Positions 8,093 through 17,504 of a stretch of 64,000 bases of DNA are shown piece by piece; within the stretch, counting starts at the first letter, position 1, and each line of letters starts with the position of its first letter. Location: NCBI GenBank assembly GCA_046497275.1, contig JAWOFX010000041.1, positions 8,484 to 72,483 on the forward strand, written 5' to 3'. The position numbers and the translations under genes are program-made. Under the pieces are notes generated by a model. The model did no database searches. It was not told where the DNA came from and saw only the letters and a list, made by a program, of their open reading frames with translations. The stretch is from Promethearchaeia archaeon. GTDB lineage: Archaea > Asgardarchaeota > Lokiarchaeia > Sigyniarchaeales > SOKP01.

Positions 8093-10366
8093 ATGCTTTT
8101 GCATATAAAAAACCTATTTAAAAGAAGTACATTGAGAAGCATTTTTCTAATGATTATCCTAATTTCATTGAGCTTTCCGATAATTTCTATACTTACTGAA
8201 GAAAGGATTGATCGGATACCAAATGATGACTTTCTGGCAGTTTCCGATTACTGGATATTTAATGGAAGCGTTATTCATATTGATAACAATTGGTCTCTTA
8301 CTGAATCCACGTATGATTGGTGTACGGGCAATGGTACTGTTGAAAATCCATATATAATCGAGAATGTAACGATTGATGCCCAAGAAGGAACGGGTATCAT
8401 AATAGAACATACAAATGAATACTTTCGAATTCAAAACTGCACGATTAATAATACAGGAGAATGGAATGGATTATATTATGAAGCCGGTATCAGGGTTAGT
8501 TATTCTAATAATGGAATTATTCATAATAATACAATTTATGACACTGAATTTGCGGGTATATCAATTGAACATACAGATAATCTTAATGTTACAGAGAATA
8601 AATTATACCAAAACGATCTGTGGGGTCTTTACACTAATTATGCGGAAAACTCTCTGATTAAGAATAATAATCTGAACGCGAATTTTATAGACTTAGGGTT
8701 GATTCGAACAATCGATATGACTTTAAAAAATAATACACTTTATCAAAAAGGATTTACAATTACCGCTGATAATTTTCAACAGGCAACAAGTCATAACATA
8801 GATAAATCCAATACAGTGAATGGAAAATCTATCTATTACTATAAGCATAGAGATGACCTAGTCCCAGATGATTTTTTAAATGCCGGACAAATAATTCTTG
8901 CTAATTGCTCTAACTCTTTGGTTTCCAATTGTGCAGTGTCAACGGTTTGTGCGGGAATAGAATTATTTTATTCGGAATATATCACGATTGAATCTTGCAA
9001 CTTTACTTCGTGTGCTCAAATTAGTATTCATCTTGAAGAAAGTTATAATAACACTTTACGAAACAATCGATTTATTAATAGATATGGGATCGAATTAAGA
9101 TACTCGGATGAGAATGAAGTCTCTAATAATTCTTTTTACAATTGCAATCGTCCCATTGTACTTGCTGGCTATTGTGAAAATAATAATATTTCACACAATG
9201 AAATAAAGGATTCTGTTTATGGTATCTATTTGGCAACCTCTTGCTCAAATAATAAGGTATATCAAAATAACATCACTAATTGTGATCTATATGGTATCTA
9301 TTTATGGCGAAACTGTGATTCAAACGAAATTTATGATAATAAAGTCGAAGAAGGCGCCAGGCAAGCAATATACTTGAATAACGATTGTGATTCAAACATC
9401 ATTCGAAATAATTTAATACTTGATAATAGAGATGGAGTCTATTTAGAAACGGGATGTGACAACAATGGTATCTATAATAATACGTTCGAGTTAAACGGAT
9501 TACATGCTTTTGATGATGGGATTAATAACTACTGGAATTTGACAAACATCGGAAATTACTGGGATAATTATACAGGATCTGACCTAAATGATGATAATAT
9601 TGGAGATACACCCTATCTCATTTCAGGTGCAAGCTTATCAGCTGATTACGCTCCCATTTGGAGTGATGGAGACGATCCCCCTACGATTAACATCAATTCT
9701 CCTAATAATGATACATACCATAATCTACCCCCAACGATAAGCGTACTTATAAATGATAATGGGAGAATTGATACACAATGGTATGAAATGCTCAATACAA
9801 GTGAAACAGATGATTTTACGGGAACTTCATTTCAAATTGATCCAAACATTTGGGAAAACCAACCAGAGGGAATTATCCATATTAAAATATTTGTTAACGA
9901 TACAGGAGAATATAACGACTCTGCTCTATTGAAGGTTATTAAGGATACAGTACAACCTTCAATAATCATCAATTCTCCTTTAAGCGGAACTCAATTTGGA
10001 AATGAAACAGTCATATTCAATATCACAATATCAGATGCAACCGATCCAGATATGGATATTTTATGGTATCAGCTTGGAACGTCATTGGATAAGATTTATG
10101 TAACTCCATTTTTTGAAGGGGAAAATCTGATAACTATTGACGAATCCCTCTGGAATGCATTGGATGAGGGATCTGTTATGATCCATTTCTTTATCAATGA
10201 TACTGCGGGAAATACCAACAACGTAGCTATTAATTTAGAAAAAAAATACACACCAAGCGAAGAAGGTCCTGGAGGACAAATTCCATTAGGTAACTTCTAC
10301 ATAATAATAATTATAGTAAGCATTGTTTCTCTCGTTATTCTTCAGAAGAAGCGATTCTATAATTAG
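8093..10366 (+). CDS. Surface protein: N-terminal signal anchor, right-handed parallel beta-helix (PbH1/NosD-like) repeats, two tandem Ig-like domains, C-terminal TM anchor
   Basis: Hydrophobic N-terminus SIFLMIILISLSF. Many repeats of the type N-x-I-x-x-N. At least 25 N-x-S/T sequons. Tandem domains of about 90-100 aa at 9677..9946 and 9947..10246. C-terminal FYIIIIIVSIVSLVILQKKR. Confidence 0.7.
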   Translation: MLLHIKNLFKRSTLRSIFLMIILISLSFPIISILTEERIDRIPNDDFLAVSDYWIFNGSVIHIDNNWSLTESTYDWCTGNGTVENPYIIENVTIDAQEGTGIIIEHTNEYFRIQNCTINNTGEWNGLYYEAGIRVSYSNNGIIHNNTIYDTEFAGISIEHTDNLNVTENKLYQNDLWGLYTNYAENSLIKNNNLNANFIDLGLIRTIDMTLKNNTLYQKGFTITADNFQQATSHNIDKSNTVNGKSIYYYKHRDDLVPDDFLNAGQIILANCSNSLVSNCAVSTVCAGIELFYSEYITIESCNFTSCAQISIHLEESYNNTLRNNRFINRYGIELRYSDENEVSNNSFYNCNRPIVLAGYCENNNISHNEIKDSVYGIYLATSCSNNKVYQNNITNCDLYGIYLWRNCDSNEIYDNKVEEGARQAIYLNNDCDSNIIRNNLILDNRDGVYLETGCDNNGIYNNTFELNGLHAFDDGINNYWNLTNIGNYWDNYTGSDLNDDNIGDTPYLISGASLSADYAPIWSDGDDPPTININSPNNDTYHNLPPTISVLINDNGRIDTQWYEMLNTSETDDFTGTSFQIDPNIWENQPEGIIHIKIFVNDTGEYNDSALLKVIKDTVQPSIIINSPLSGTQFGNETVIFNITISDATDPDMDILWYQLGTSLDKIYVTPFFEGENLITIDESLWNALDEGSVMIHFFINDTAGNTNNVAINLEKKYTPSEEGPGGQIPLGNFYIIIIIVSIVSLVILQKKRFYN

Positions 10367-10992
10367 AAAATTTAACTATCCTTTTTATTTCTTTTATTAT
10401 TTGAATATGATAAATCAAACTCTACAGAAATTTTTTAATAATAATTCAAGGAGTAATAAAGATGTCGCCTAAAACACTAACACATTTTTCTCATTTTTGG
10501 GAATTATACCGTTGAATCAAAAATGTTCTCTCGTGTTAGGCATTTGGGTTGGGACATAATCATGTATCCTGTCTGGGTAACTGACTCACACCTCATTGCA
10601 TTGGTATTCACCATAGCTAGGTAAAGAGCCCATTGTATCCAGGATTGATAACTTTATTGATTATTAAACTCTGGATGTCTGCTTGTTTTTGCACACATAC
10701 TCATCTGTTTTCATATGTGCCCTCGATAAGCAATTATTCCTTCAATGTTTTCCCATTCTAGATATATTAAACTGAGGTTAAAAATTTTATTCTATTATTT
10801 CAAAAAAGATATTTCCTTTCTACAAAACCTATTATATTTGCTAAAATAGTTAAGATTTAAAATTCGAAAATCTTTAAAATCTATATTCTTATTTAAGAAA
10901 AAATTATATATTTTTTAATCTCTAATTTTTAGTATTCAATTTTCCTAAAAATTAAATTAATAGAGAGAAAACTTAGCTAATAGGATTGTATT

Positions 10993-12420
10993 ATGAGTAT
11001 TTTAAGACCAAAAATAAATGTATTAGACAAGGAACATAAAGAATTGATCTATAATGAGGCAATAGAGATATTAGGAAAACAAGGTGTATTTGTTAAGAAT
11101 TTCGAAGTAATCAAAATACTAAAAGATGAAGATATAGAAATAAAGAACGAAAGGTTTTTTCTATCTAGAGATATAATAGAAAGAGCAATTAAAACGTGCC
11201 CAAAAGAAATAAAATTATACGATAGAGAAGCAAAGGATTATCTTAAATTGTCTGGAGATAATATTCATTTCGACCCTGGTTCTGCGGCGATTTATATATT
11301 GGATGAACATTCTGGAGAAATTAGACTTGCTCAATCGCAAGATTTTATTAAATTTAGTAAAATTATGAACCATTTAGAACATATTGAGGCGCAAAGTACT
11401 TCTATGTTATATGAAGATGTTCCTATGAACGCTCAAGACTGGCATCGTTTATATATCGCATTAAAATATTGCTATAAACCAATTATTACTGGAACATTCA
11501 GAAAAGAAAGCTTTTCAATCATGAAAGAATTATTATTGACGTGCAGATCATCAGAAAGAGAATTAGCTGATAAACCATTAGCGATATTTGATGCATGTCC
11601 TTCTCCGCCACTGAAATGGTCTGATTTGACAGTCCAATCTGTGATTGATGCTGCTAAAAGTATGATTCCAGTAGAATTTGTATCTATGCCATTAGCAGGT
11701 GCAAATGCTCCAATAACTTTAATAGGGTCTATAACTCAGCATTGTGCTGAAACCTTATCGGGACTTGTCATAGCTCAATTAGTGAATAAAGGAGCACCTG
11801 TAATATGGGGAGGTTCTCCATCAATAATGGATATGAGAAAAGGCACAACACCTATGGGAGCAATAGAAACTATGATGATTGATTTAGGTGATGCTGAGAT
11901 GGGCAAGTTCCTTGGATTACCAACTCACGCATATATGGGTTTAAGCGATTCAAAAACACTTGATTCACAGTCTGGTTTAGAATCCAGTTTAGGAGCCATT
12001 TTAGCGGCTTTAGCGGGGATCAATATGATATCTGGTCTTGGGATGATGAATTTCGAATCCACGCAGAGCTTAGAGAAATTGATTATTGATAATGATATTG
12101 CAGGAATGGTAAAGCGGCTAATAAAGGGTATAATTGATTATGGTAAACCCTATGCTTTTGAGATCCTAAATGATTATAATAAAACTGAAGAATTATTGTC
12201 TCATCCCTCCACATTGGAATTATATAAAAAAGAATTATTGTTTCCCTCATCTATTATTGATAGAAATACTTTAGAAAATTGGAAACGCCAAGGTTCTCAA
12301 ACTGCTAGAGCAAGGGCAAGGGATTTGATTAAAAGATTAGGGGAAAGACCTATTCCAAGAGAAATAGATGAAAGGATTAATAAAGAATTAGACAAAATTG
12401 CTCATCATTATCTAAATTAA
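10993..12420 (+). CDS. MttB-superfamily methyltransferase (non-pyrrolysine type, quaternary amine:corrinoid methyltransferase-like)
   Basis: Length 475 aa. The family-typical N-terminus reads LDKEHKELIYNEAIEILGKQGVFV...RAIKTCPKEIKLY. The frame is uninterrupted, with no in-frame TAG. Confidence 0.75.
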   Translation: MSILRPKINVLDKEHKELIYNEAIEILGKQGVFVKNFEVIKILKDEDIEIKNERFFLSRDIIERAIKTCPKEIKLYDREAKDYLKLSGDNIHFDPGSAAIYILDEHSGEIRLAQSQDFIKFSKIMNHLEHIEAQSTSMLYEDVPMNAQDWHRLYIALKYCYKPIITGTFRKESFSIMKELLLTCRSSERELADKPLAIFDACPSPPLKWSDLTVQSVIDAAKSMIPVEFVSMPLAGANAPITLIGSITQHCAETLSGLVIAQLVNKGAPVIWGGSPSIMDMRKGTTPMGAIETMMIDLGDAEMGKFLGLPTHAYMGLSDSKTLDSQSGLESSLGAILAALAGINMISGLGMMNFESTQSLEKLIIDNDIAGMVKRLIKGIIDYGKPYAFEILNDYNKTEELLSHPSTLELYKKELLFPSSIIDRNTLENWKRQGSQTARARARDLIKRLGERPIPREIDERINKELDKIAHHYLN

Positions 12421-12430
12421 GTGGGTTAAA

Positions 12431-13272
12431 TTGAAATTTAAATATGATGAAAAAAATAATAAGATAATGAATCCAAAAGATTGGTTCGAAATAAATAAAG
12501 AAAAGGATTATCTAATCGTTATATGGGAAAGTCTCGAAAAAGTGGATCCAAGATTTTATACCGATTTGACTAATATCTATCTTCTTTTAGGAAACGAAAA
12601 AGCTTTATTAATAGATATAGGTTCTGGAGTTTTTTCGCTCAAATCCGTTATAAATGATTTAATCGAGGGTCGACAATTAATTTAGTTAACACTCATGGAC
12701 ATTGGGACCATATCGGGAATAATCATGAATTTGAAAGGGTATATATACATAAAAAGGAGGCAGGATTCATTTCTAACCCAGTAAATATTTCAAATCTTAA
12801 ATCTTCACCTGAAAAGATTGCCAAGAATTATAATGATATGGATTTTATACTCGCTCCGCCGTCAGAGGTTTCTGAGATTGATGAAGGATATATATTTGAT
12901 GTAGGGAATCTTTCAATAGAGGTACTCCACACACCCGGACATTCCCCGGGATCTATCTCACTTCTGACCAATAAAGGAGAATTATTTCCGGGAGATTTAG
13001 TACATTATGGCTCTGTTTTCTTACCAAAAAAGAAATATTTGAATATAGTGATCGACAGCCTTCAGAGAATCATCAATTTATTTGATGATGGGAAAGTACA
13101 AAATCTATATCCTGCCCATGGTGATTATCCACAAGATAAAGAGCTGGTCGTAAAGCTTTTTGAAGGAATTAATAATTTAGATGAATTTTGGGATCAGAAA
13201 CAGAAAGATAAATTCTTAAGATCGTGGATTATTGATGATGGGACATTTAAGTATGTTCTATCTCGATTTTAG
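12431..13272 (+). pseudogene. MBL-fold metallo-hydrolase interrupted by a single frameshift
   Basis: The first frame ends ...IDIGSGVF...IEGRQLI-stop at 12685. The HxHxDH motif LVNTHGHWDHIG continues in the next frame, open from 12658, through HTPGHSPGS to 13272. A one-base change in the T-run at 12681-12683 would restore the frame. Confidence 0.7.
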
Positions 13273-13351
13273 TACTATTTTCTATTTTTTTATATTTTTA
13301 TATTTTTAGAAAAATCAGTAAAGATTTACGACTTTAACTAAACTTATTTTT

Positions 13352-13774
13352 TTATCTCTGTATTATAGGAGTATTTTCGAGTTTTCCTATGATCAAAAAA
13401 ATTAAAATAATAGCACATAAAAGAATTTCAAAAAATCCTAAAGGAATAAAAAGAATGGTTAAAATCATAGTTAAAACTAAGCTAATTATTCCGATATATA
13501 AGCCCCATAGTAAGTTTTTTAAAATTCCCACCGCTGAGAAAAGTCTCATCATTGTGAAGCTTAAAAATAATGGTAATAGGACAATTGGGTGGTTTTCAAA
13601 AAAATAGGTAATCTCAGTAATGTTTAATCCAAATTGCATATAAACATTGGGCGTGAGATTTAAAGCTATTAATACAATATAAATACAATCAGTTATCTCT
13701 AGGAGAGAATAGATTAGAAGAGCTAACCCACCAATAAACAATAATTTCTTTTCTTTAATTTTATTTGATATCAT
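13352..13774 (-). CDS. Small integral membrane protein (4 predicted TM segments), unknown function
   Basis: Hydrophobic segments throughout. Starts 1 nt after the stop of the upstream methyltransferase-family gene. Confidence 0.4.
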   Translation of the reverse strand: MISNKIKEKKLLFIGGLALLIYSLLEITDCIYIVLIALNLTPNVYMQFGLNITEITYFFENHPIVLLPLFLSFTMMRLFSAVGILKNLLWGLYIGIISLVLTMILTILFIPLGFFEILLCAIILIFLIIGKLENTPIIQR

Positions 13775-13775
13775 T

Positions 13776-14393
13776 TCATTTGTTCTCCTCTAATTCTTGT
13801 TTTTTTAATTTAGGAAAAAGCGCACCTGTTCGCTCTTTATATTCGATATATTCTTTCCCAAATCTTCTAACCAAATCTTTTTCTTCATAATATATCATAA
13901 TTGGGATATAAATTACAATACCAATGGTGCTAAAAAGAACCAAAAACCATGAATTCAACATAAAGGAGACTGCAACAAACATAGGAAACTCTCCGAGAGT
14001 TTGTGGATGTCGGATATAATTATAAATACCTCCATACATTTGAGTATCTTTGGAAGGGGTTAATGTTTCAGACCCTGCTTCTTTTATCCCTACTGTCAAG
14101 AGAATACCACATGGAATTAATGTACATATTCCAATTATAATACCAATCCATATGTTTTCGTTAATTATCCAAGAATCAACAATTGGAAGTGGAACCCAAA
14201 TCCACAAAATTAAATTTATAGTTGAGATTAATTCAAACACTCCACCTATACTTCGGAATAACTGGCACTGTTTCCAGGCTTTATCCCCATATTCTTCGGA
14301 CCTTTTTTTAGGCTGGACGCTTAGAGTATATAAATAGGACATTATAATAAAAGATGCAATCAATATGATAAAATTTACAATTGGGATTAGCAT
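13776..14393 (-). CDS. Isoprenylcysteine carboxyl / phospholipid methyltransferase family membrane protein
   Basis: Multi-TM protein with the family motif GGIYNYIRHPQTLGEF and a C-terminal EEKDLVRRFGKEYIEY. Confidence 0.6.
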   Translation of the reverse strand: MLIPIVNFIILIASFIIMSYLYTLSVQPKKRSEEYGDKAWKQCQLFRSIGGVFELISTINLILWIWVPLPIVDSWIINENIWIGIIIGICTLIPCGILLTVGIKEAGSETLTPSKDTQMYGGIYNYIRHPQTLGEFPMFVAVSFMLNSWFLVLFSTIGIVIYIPIMIYYEEKDLVRRFGKEYIEYKERTGALFPKLKKQELEENK

Positions 14394-14560
14394 TTTTATT
14401 AATTGAGTATAAAAATTAATTTTTTATATTTAAATGCTAGAGTGAAATAGACTTAATTTCATTCAAGATATGTTAAAATATAAGATTTTCTAGCAATTAA
14501 TTTGAATCATATGAATATTCTAATATATTAAAGAAGATTTTTAATTAGAGTAAATTTCCA

Positions 14561-15319
14561 CTAAATTCTATTTTTCTGTATTAACTTTCTAATTTGGTTA
14601 TATGATCCTAATAAGTTTTCAACTTTTTCCAATGCTAAGCCTTCCTTTGGTGGGCCTTCAAATATTACTGTTCCATTCGCTAAAACCAGCATTTTATCAG
14701 CCCATTCCTCAACAAAAAAAAGATTATGGGTCGTAAAAAGAATAGTCATATCATTTTCACGCCGTAGTGCTTCTATTATTTTTAAGTGGTTCTTTATAGA
14801 CGTAAAATCAAGATTTGCGAATGGTTCATCCAAAATTAACAATTTAGGTTTTAAAACTAAAAGACCAGCCAAACATGCTCTTTTTTTTTGACCCCACGAG
14901 AGATTAAAGGGAGAAATATCTTTATAATCTTTTAGGTCCACTGATTTTAAAGCCCATTTGACTCTCTCTTCAACCTCATTTTCTTCGAGTTTCAAATTCC
15001 GGGCACCAAAACTTACATCCTCTCCTACAGTTGGAGCAAACAATTGATCATCAGGATTTTGGAATAAAAATCCGATCTGCTGTCGCATTTTCCATAATTT
15101 TTCTTTTTTTCTTGTTAATTCTTTTCCAAAAATCTTAATTTTCCCAGATTTAGGCTTCAATAATCCAACTAATAATCTAAGGAGCGTGGTCTTTCCCGAT
15201 CCATTATTTCCAATCAACGCATAAATGGAATTTCGGATGATTTTGAAAGAGACGTTTTCTAAGGAAAATCCAGATTCGTAAGAAAAATTTAAATTCTCTA
15301 TTTCTACGGAATAAATAAT
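14561..15319 (-). CDS. cbiO: Cobalt/ECF transporter ATPase (CbiO/EcfA)
   Basis: Walker A GNNGSGKTT, signature LSWGQKKR, Walker B LLILDEP. The conserved N-terminus VEIENLNFSYESGFSLENVSF lies upstream of the track start at 15217 (a TTG). No ATG/GTG/TTG is available there, so the start coordinate is uncertain (ATT at 15319 or 15316?). Confidence 0.8.
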   Translation of the reverse strand: MIYSVEIENLNFSYESGFSLENVSFKIIRNSIYALIGNNGSGKTTLLRLLVGLLKPKSGKIKIFGKELTRKKEKLWKMRQQIGFLFQNPDDQLFAPTVGEDVSFGARNLKLEENEVEERVKWALKSVDLKDYKDISPFNLSWGQKKRACLAGLLVLKPKLLILDEPFANLDFTSIKNHLKIIEALRRENDMTILFTTHNLFFVEEWADKMLVLANGTVIFEGPPKEGLALEKVENLLGSYNQIRKLIQKNRI

Positions 15320-16107
15320 TTGATTACCTCCATGTAAATAAATTCTAAATCAATAAATAAAATTAATACAATCATAAATGATGTAAAAATTATCAATGTT
15401 ATTATATCAATGACTTTAATTCCTTTTGGAGCGAATGTTATCTTTCCCGAAAAGCCTCTCAGCTTTAAACTTTCATAAAGTTTCTCACTTCGCTCCATAT
15501 TCATTACTATACTTTTTCCCATGATAAAGGCATGAGCTTTTAGTTTCTGCCAATAGGAAGTGACTTTCTTACCCCTAAGTTCTTGGGCTTCGAGTATCTT
15601 CCTATTTGAATTAGCTAATATTGGAATATAGTGTAAGAGAATAATTAAACTTCCCACAAACATCGCAGGCATTCGAGCTTTTGTAATCGCCTCAATAAAT
15701 TCTGAATAGGTTAAGGATGAAAAAAATGCCATAAATCCAAAAATCGCAGTAAAAATTCTTAAAAATAATAAAATTGCTGAATCGATTCCCTCCTGATAAA
15801 TATTAACTCGAATCCCTATATCAATAGTATAGATTATTGTATTCCCTATATAGAGTGGGAGAAATATAACTAATAAAATTATTAATGGAATTACATTCTT
15901 TGCTCTCGAAAGGATTCTTTTTAGATTTAGACGGAAGATCAAACTCAGAATAAATATAGATAATAAAATAGTACTACTAAGAAAAATATCATTAATAAAC
16001 AATATTGGAATGATAAGGATAAATGGAGTGATTAATCGAACTAAAGGATGAGTCTTGGCTAAAATGGTATCTTCGTCTTCATGCCTAAATGGAAGAATCG
16101 TCCGCAT
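15304..16107 (-). CDS. cbiQ: Cobalt/ECF transporter transmembrane component (CbiQ/EcfT)
   Basis: Multi-TM protein with the EcfT-like C-terminal region ...ILEAQELRGK...ERSEKLYESLKLRGF. Overlaps the cbiO 5' region. Confidence 0.7.
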   Translation of the reverse strand: MRTILPFRHEDEDTILAKTHPLVRLITPFILIIPILFINDIFLSSTILLSIFILSLIFRLNLKRILSRAKNVIPLIILLVIFLPLYIGNTIIYTIDIGIRVNIYQEGIDSAILLFLRIFTAIFGFMAFFSSLTYSEFIEAITKARMPAMFVGSLIILLHYIPILANSNRKILEAQELRGKKVTSYWQKLKAHAFIMGKSIVMNMERSEKLYESLKLRGFSGKITFAPKGIKVIDIITLIIFTSFMIVLILFIDLEFIYMEVIKLFIP

Positions 16108-16471
16108 TTTTGAATCTCTATGAAAAACTTAATAAAATTATATTGAAAGAGATTGATTTAATTCTCTTTTTTGTTAAAGAACTGATTAATATAAAAGTTA
16201 GTTTTATGAAACTTTATATTTTATATTTTGAAATTTCGCATCTACTCTAATATAAGTATTAAATTTGTTTTACATAGTTAAGTCTTCATAGTTTTTTTTG
16301 AATTATAATTTTAGAGTTTCTTTCTTTTTAGAGTATACAACGAAATAATAGATGATAATCAAAAGAATATGCTAAAAAGAATACTTTTTCAATTAATTTG
16401 TTTATCTTATCCTTCTATAATACACTATAAGTTTTTTGTAAATGAATAGTAATATTATGATCTAAAAGCGT

Positions 16472-16507
16472 AACATTTAAAATCGATTTAGAAAAACATC
16501 ATATGAA
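16472..16507 (+). promoter_or_regulatory. Promoter/operator module upstream of cbiM (palindromic core AAATCGATTT inside a TTTAAAA TATA-like element)
   Basis: AACATTTAAAATCGATTTAGAAAAACATCATATGAA matches 31 of 36 positions of 18208..18243. It ends 25 nt before the cbiM ATG. Confidence 0.5.
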
Positions 16508-16532
16508 ATCTTATTAAAAAAGTGATTTAAAA

Positions 16533-17204
16533 ATGCATATACCAGATGGTTTGTTGGATCCGGTGAGTATTATTGTTCTCTGGATTATGACGGTTTTAGT
16601 AATGGTGCTTGGATATTTTAGAATGGGAAAAATGTTCGAGAGAGAAGAATCGGAAAAACTTGTACCATATATCGGAGTCTTAGCAGCAGTTATTTTTGCA
16701 TTTCAATTTGTTAATTATCCTGTTCCAGGTGGTACTTCTGGTCATTTAGTTGGAGGAACATTGGTTGCGGTCATATTGGGTCCTTGGGCATCAGTAATTA
16801 TTCTATTCTTAGTGCTGGTTGTTCAGAGCTTATTCGGTGATGGAGGTATAACGGCCGTGGGAGCTAATGCGTTTAACATGGGAGTAGTTGGAGGTATAGT
16901 TGGATTCTATATAGTGTTGGGTATAATAAAAATCTTAAACAAGAGTTCAATGGATAAAACAATTAAAATTACCCTCTCAACTATAATAGGATCCTATATT
17001 AGCATTGTACTGGCAGCATTAGCTTGTGGAATAGAATTAGGCATTTCTAATGTTATTCCTTTTGCTGTAGCGGTACCCACGATGGTTTACTGGCATTTAC
17101 TCATAGGAATAGGTGAAGCTGTGATATCTGGATTAATTATCTATTATATCTTGAAAACCAAACCAAGCCTAATCATAACTCAAAATTTAATGGGGGTAAA
17201 GTAA
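16533..17204 (+). CDS. cbiM: Cobalt ECF transporter substrate-capture component CbiM
   Basis: N-terminal MHIPDGLLD signature, multi-TM, GHLVGG motif. Confidence 0.85.
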   Translation: MHIPDGLLDPVSIIVLWIMTVLVMVLGYFRMGKMFEREESEKLVPYIGVLAAVIFAFQFVNYPVPGGTSGHLVGGTLVAVILGPWASVIILFLVLVVQSLFGDGGITAVGANAFNMGVVGGIVGFYIVLGIIKILNKSSMDKTIKITLSTIIGSYISIVLAALACGIELGISNVIPFAVAVPTMVYWHLLIGIGEAVISGLIIYYILKTKPSLIITQNLMGVK

Positions 17205-17207
17205 AGC

Positions 17208-17504
17208 ATGGCAGATTTTGAACGATATAAATGGCCAGTTATTACCTTAGTGGTTACATCTGTCGTCTTAATGATAATGCTTTCCATAGGGTTTACAGTA
17301 GGAATTCTATCAGAGGACCCAGATGGTTTAGAACGAGTCTTAGAAGACTTGAAGGTTGCCGAGCCAGAAGCTTTTTGGGTACCTTTTTTTTCGTTTATAA
17401 CTAATGATTATGTGGCTGGGATTCTTGGTTTAATATTGACAACCGTGATAATTGGAGGAGTGTTTTACTTAATAACTAATTCGAAGAAAAAGAGAACAGA
17501 ATAA
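17208..17504 (+). CDS. PDGLE-domain membrane protein (CbiN-equivalent partner of CbiM)
   Basis: Two TM segments flank SEDPDGLERV (the PDGLE motif). Starts 3 nt after the cbiM stop. Confidence 0.6.
   Translation: MADFERYKWPVITLVVTSVVLMIMLSIGFTVGILSEDPDGLERVLEDLKVAEPEAFWVPFFSFITNDYVAGILGLILTTVIIGGVFYLITNSKKKRTE

Noticed and set aside
7919-8104. 61-aa minus-strand ORF just upstream of the surface-protein gene
   Set aside because: It is a lysine-rich, low-complexity product lying in the probable promoter region of the 8093 gene. It has no motif or start context.
10850-10880. GATTTAAAATTCGAAAATCTTTAAAATC upstream of the MttB-family gene as a third copy of the cbiM/btuF operator
   Set aside because: It shares only TTTAAAAT and CGA. 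The palindrome is not preserved and the flanks do not align. It is too weak to call.
10993-12420. Possible pyrrolysine (in-frame TAG) in the MttB-family gene
   Set aside because: The ORF is continuous over its full family-typical length with no internal amber codon, so it is a non-Pyl member.
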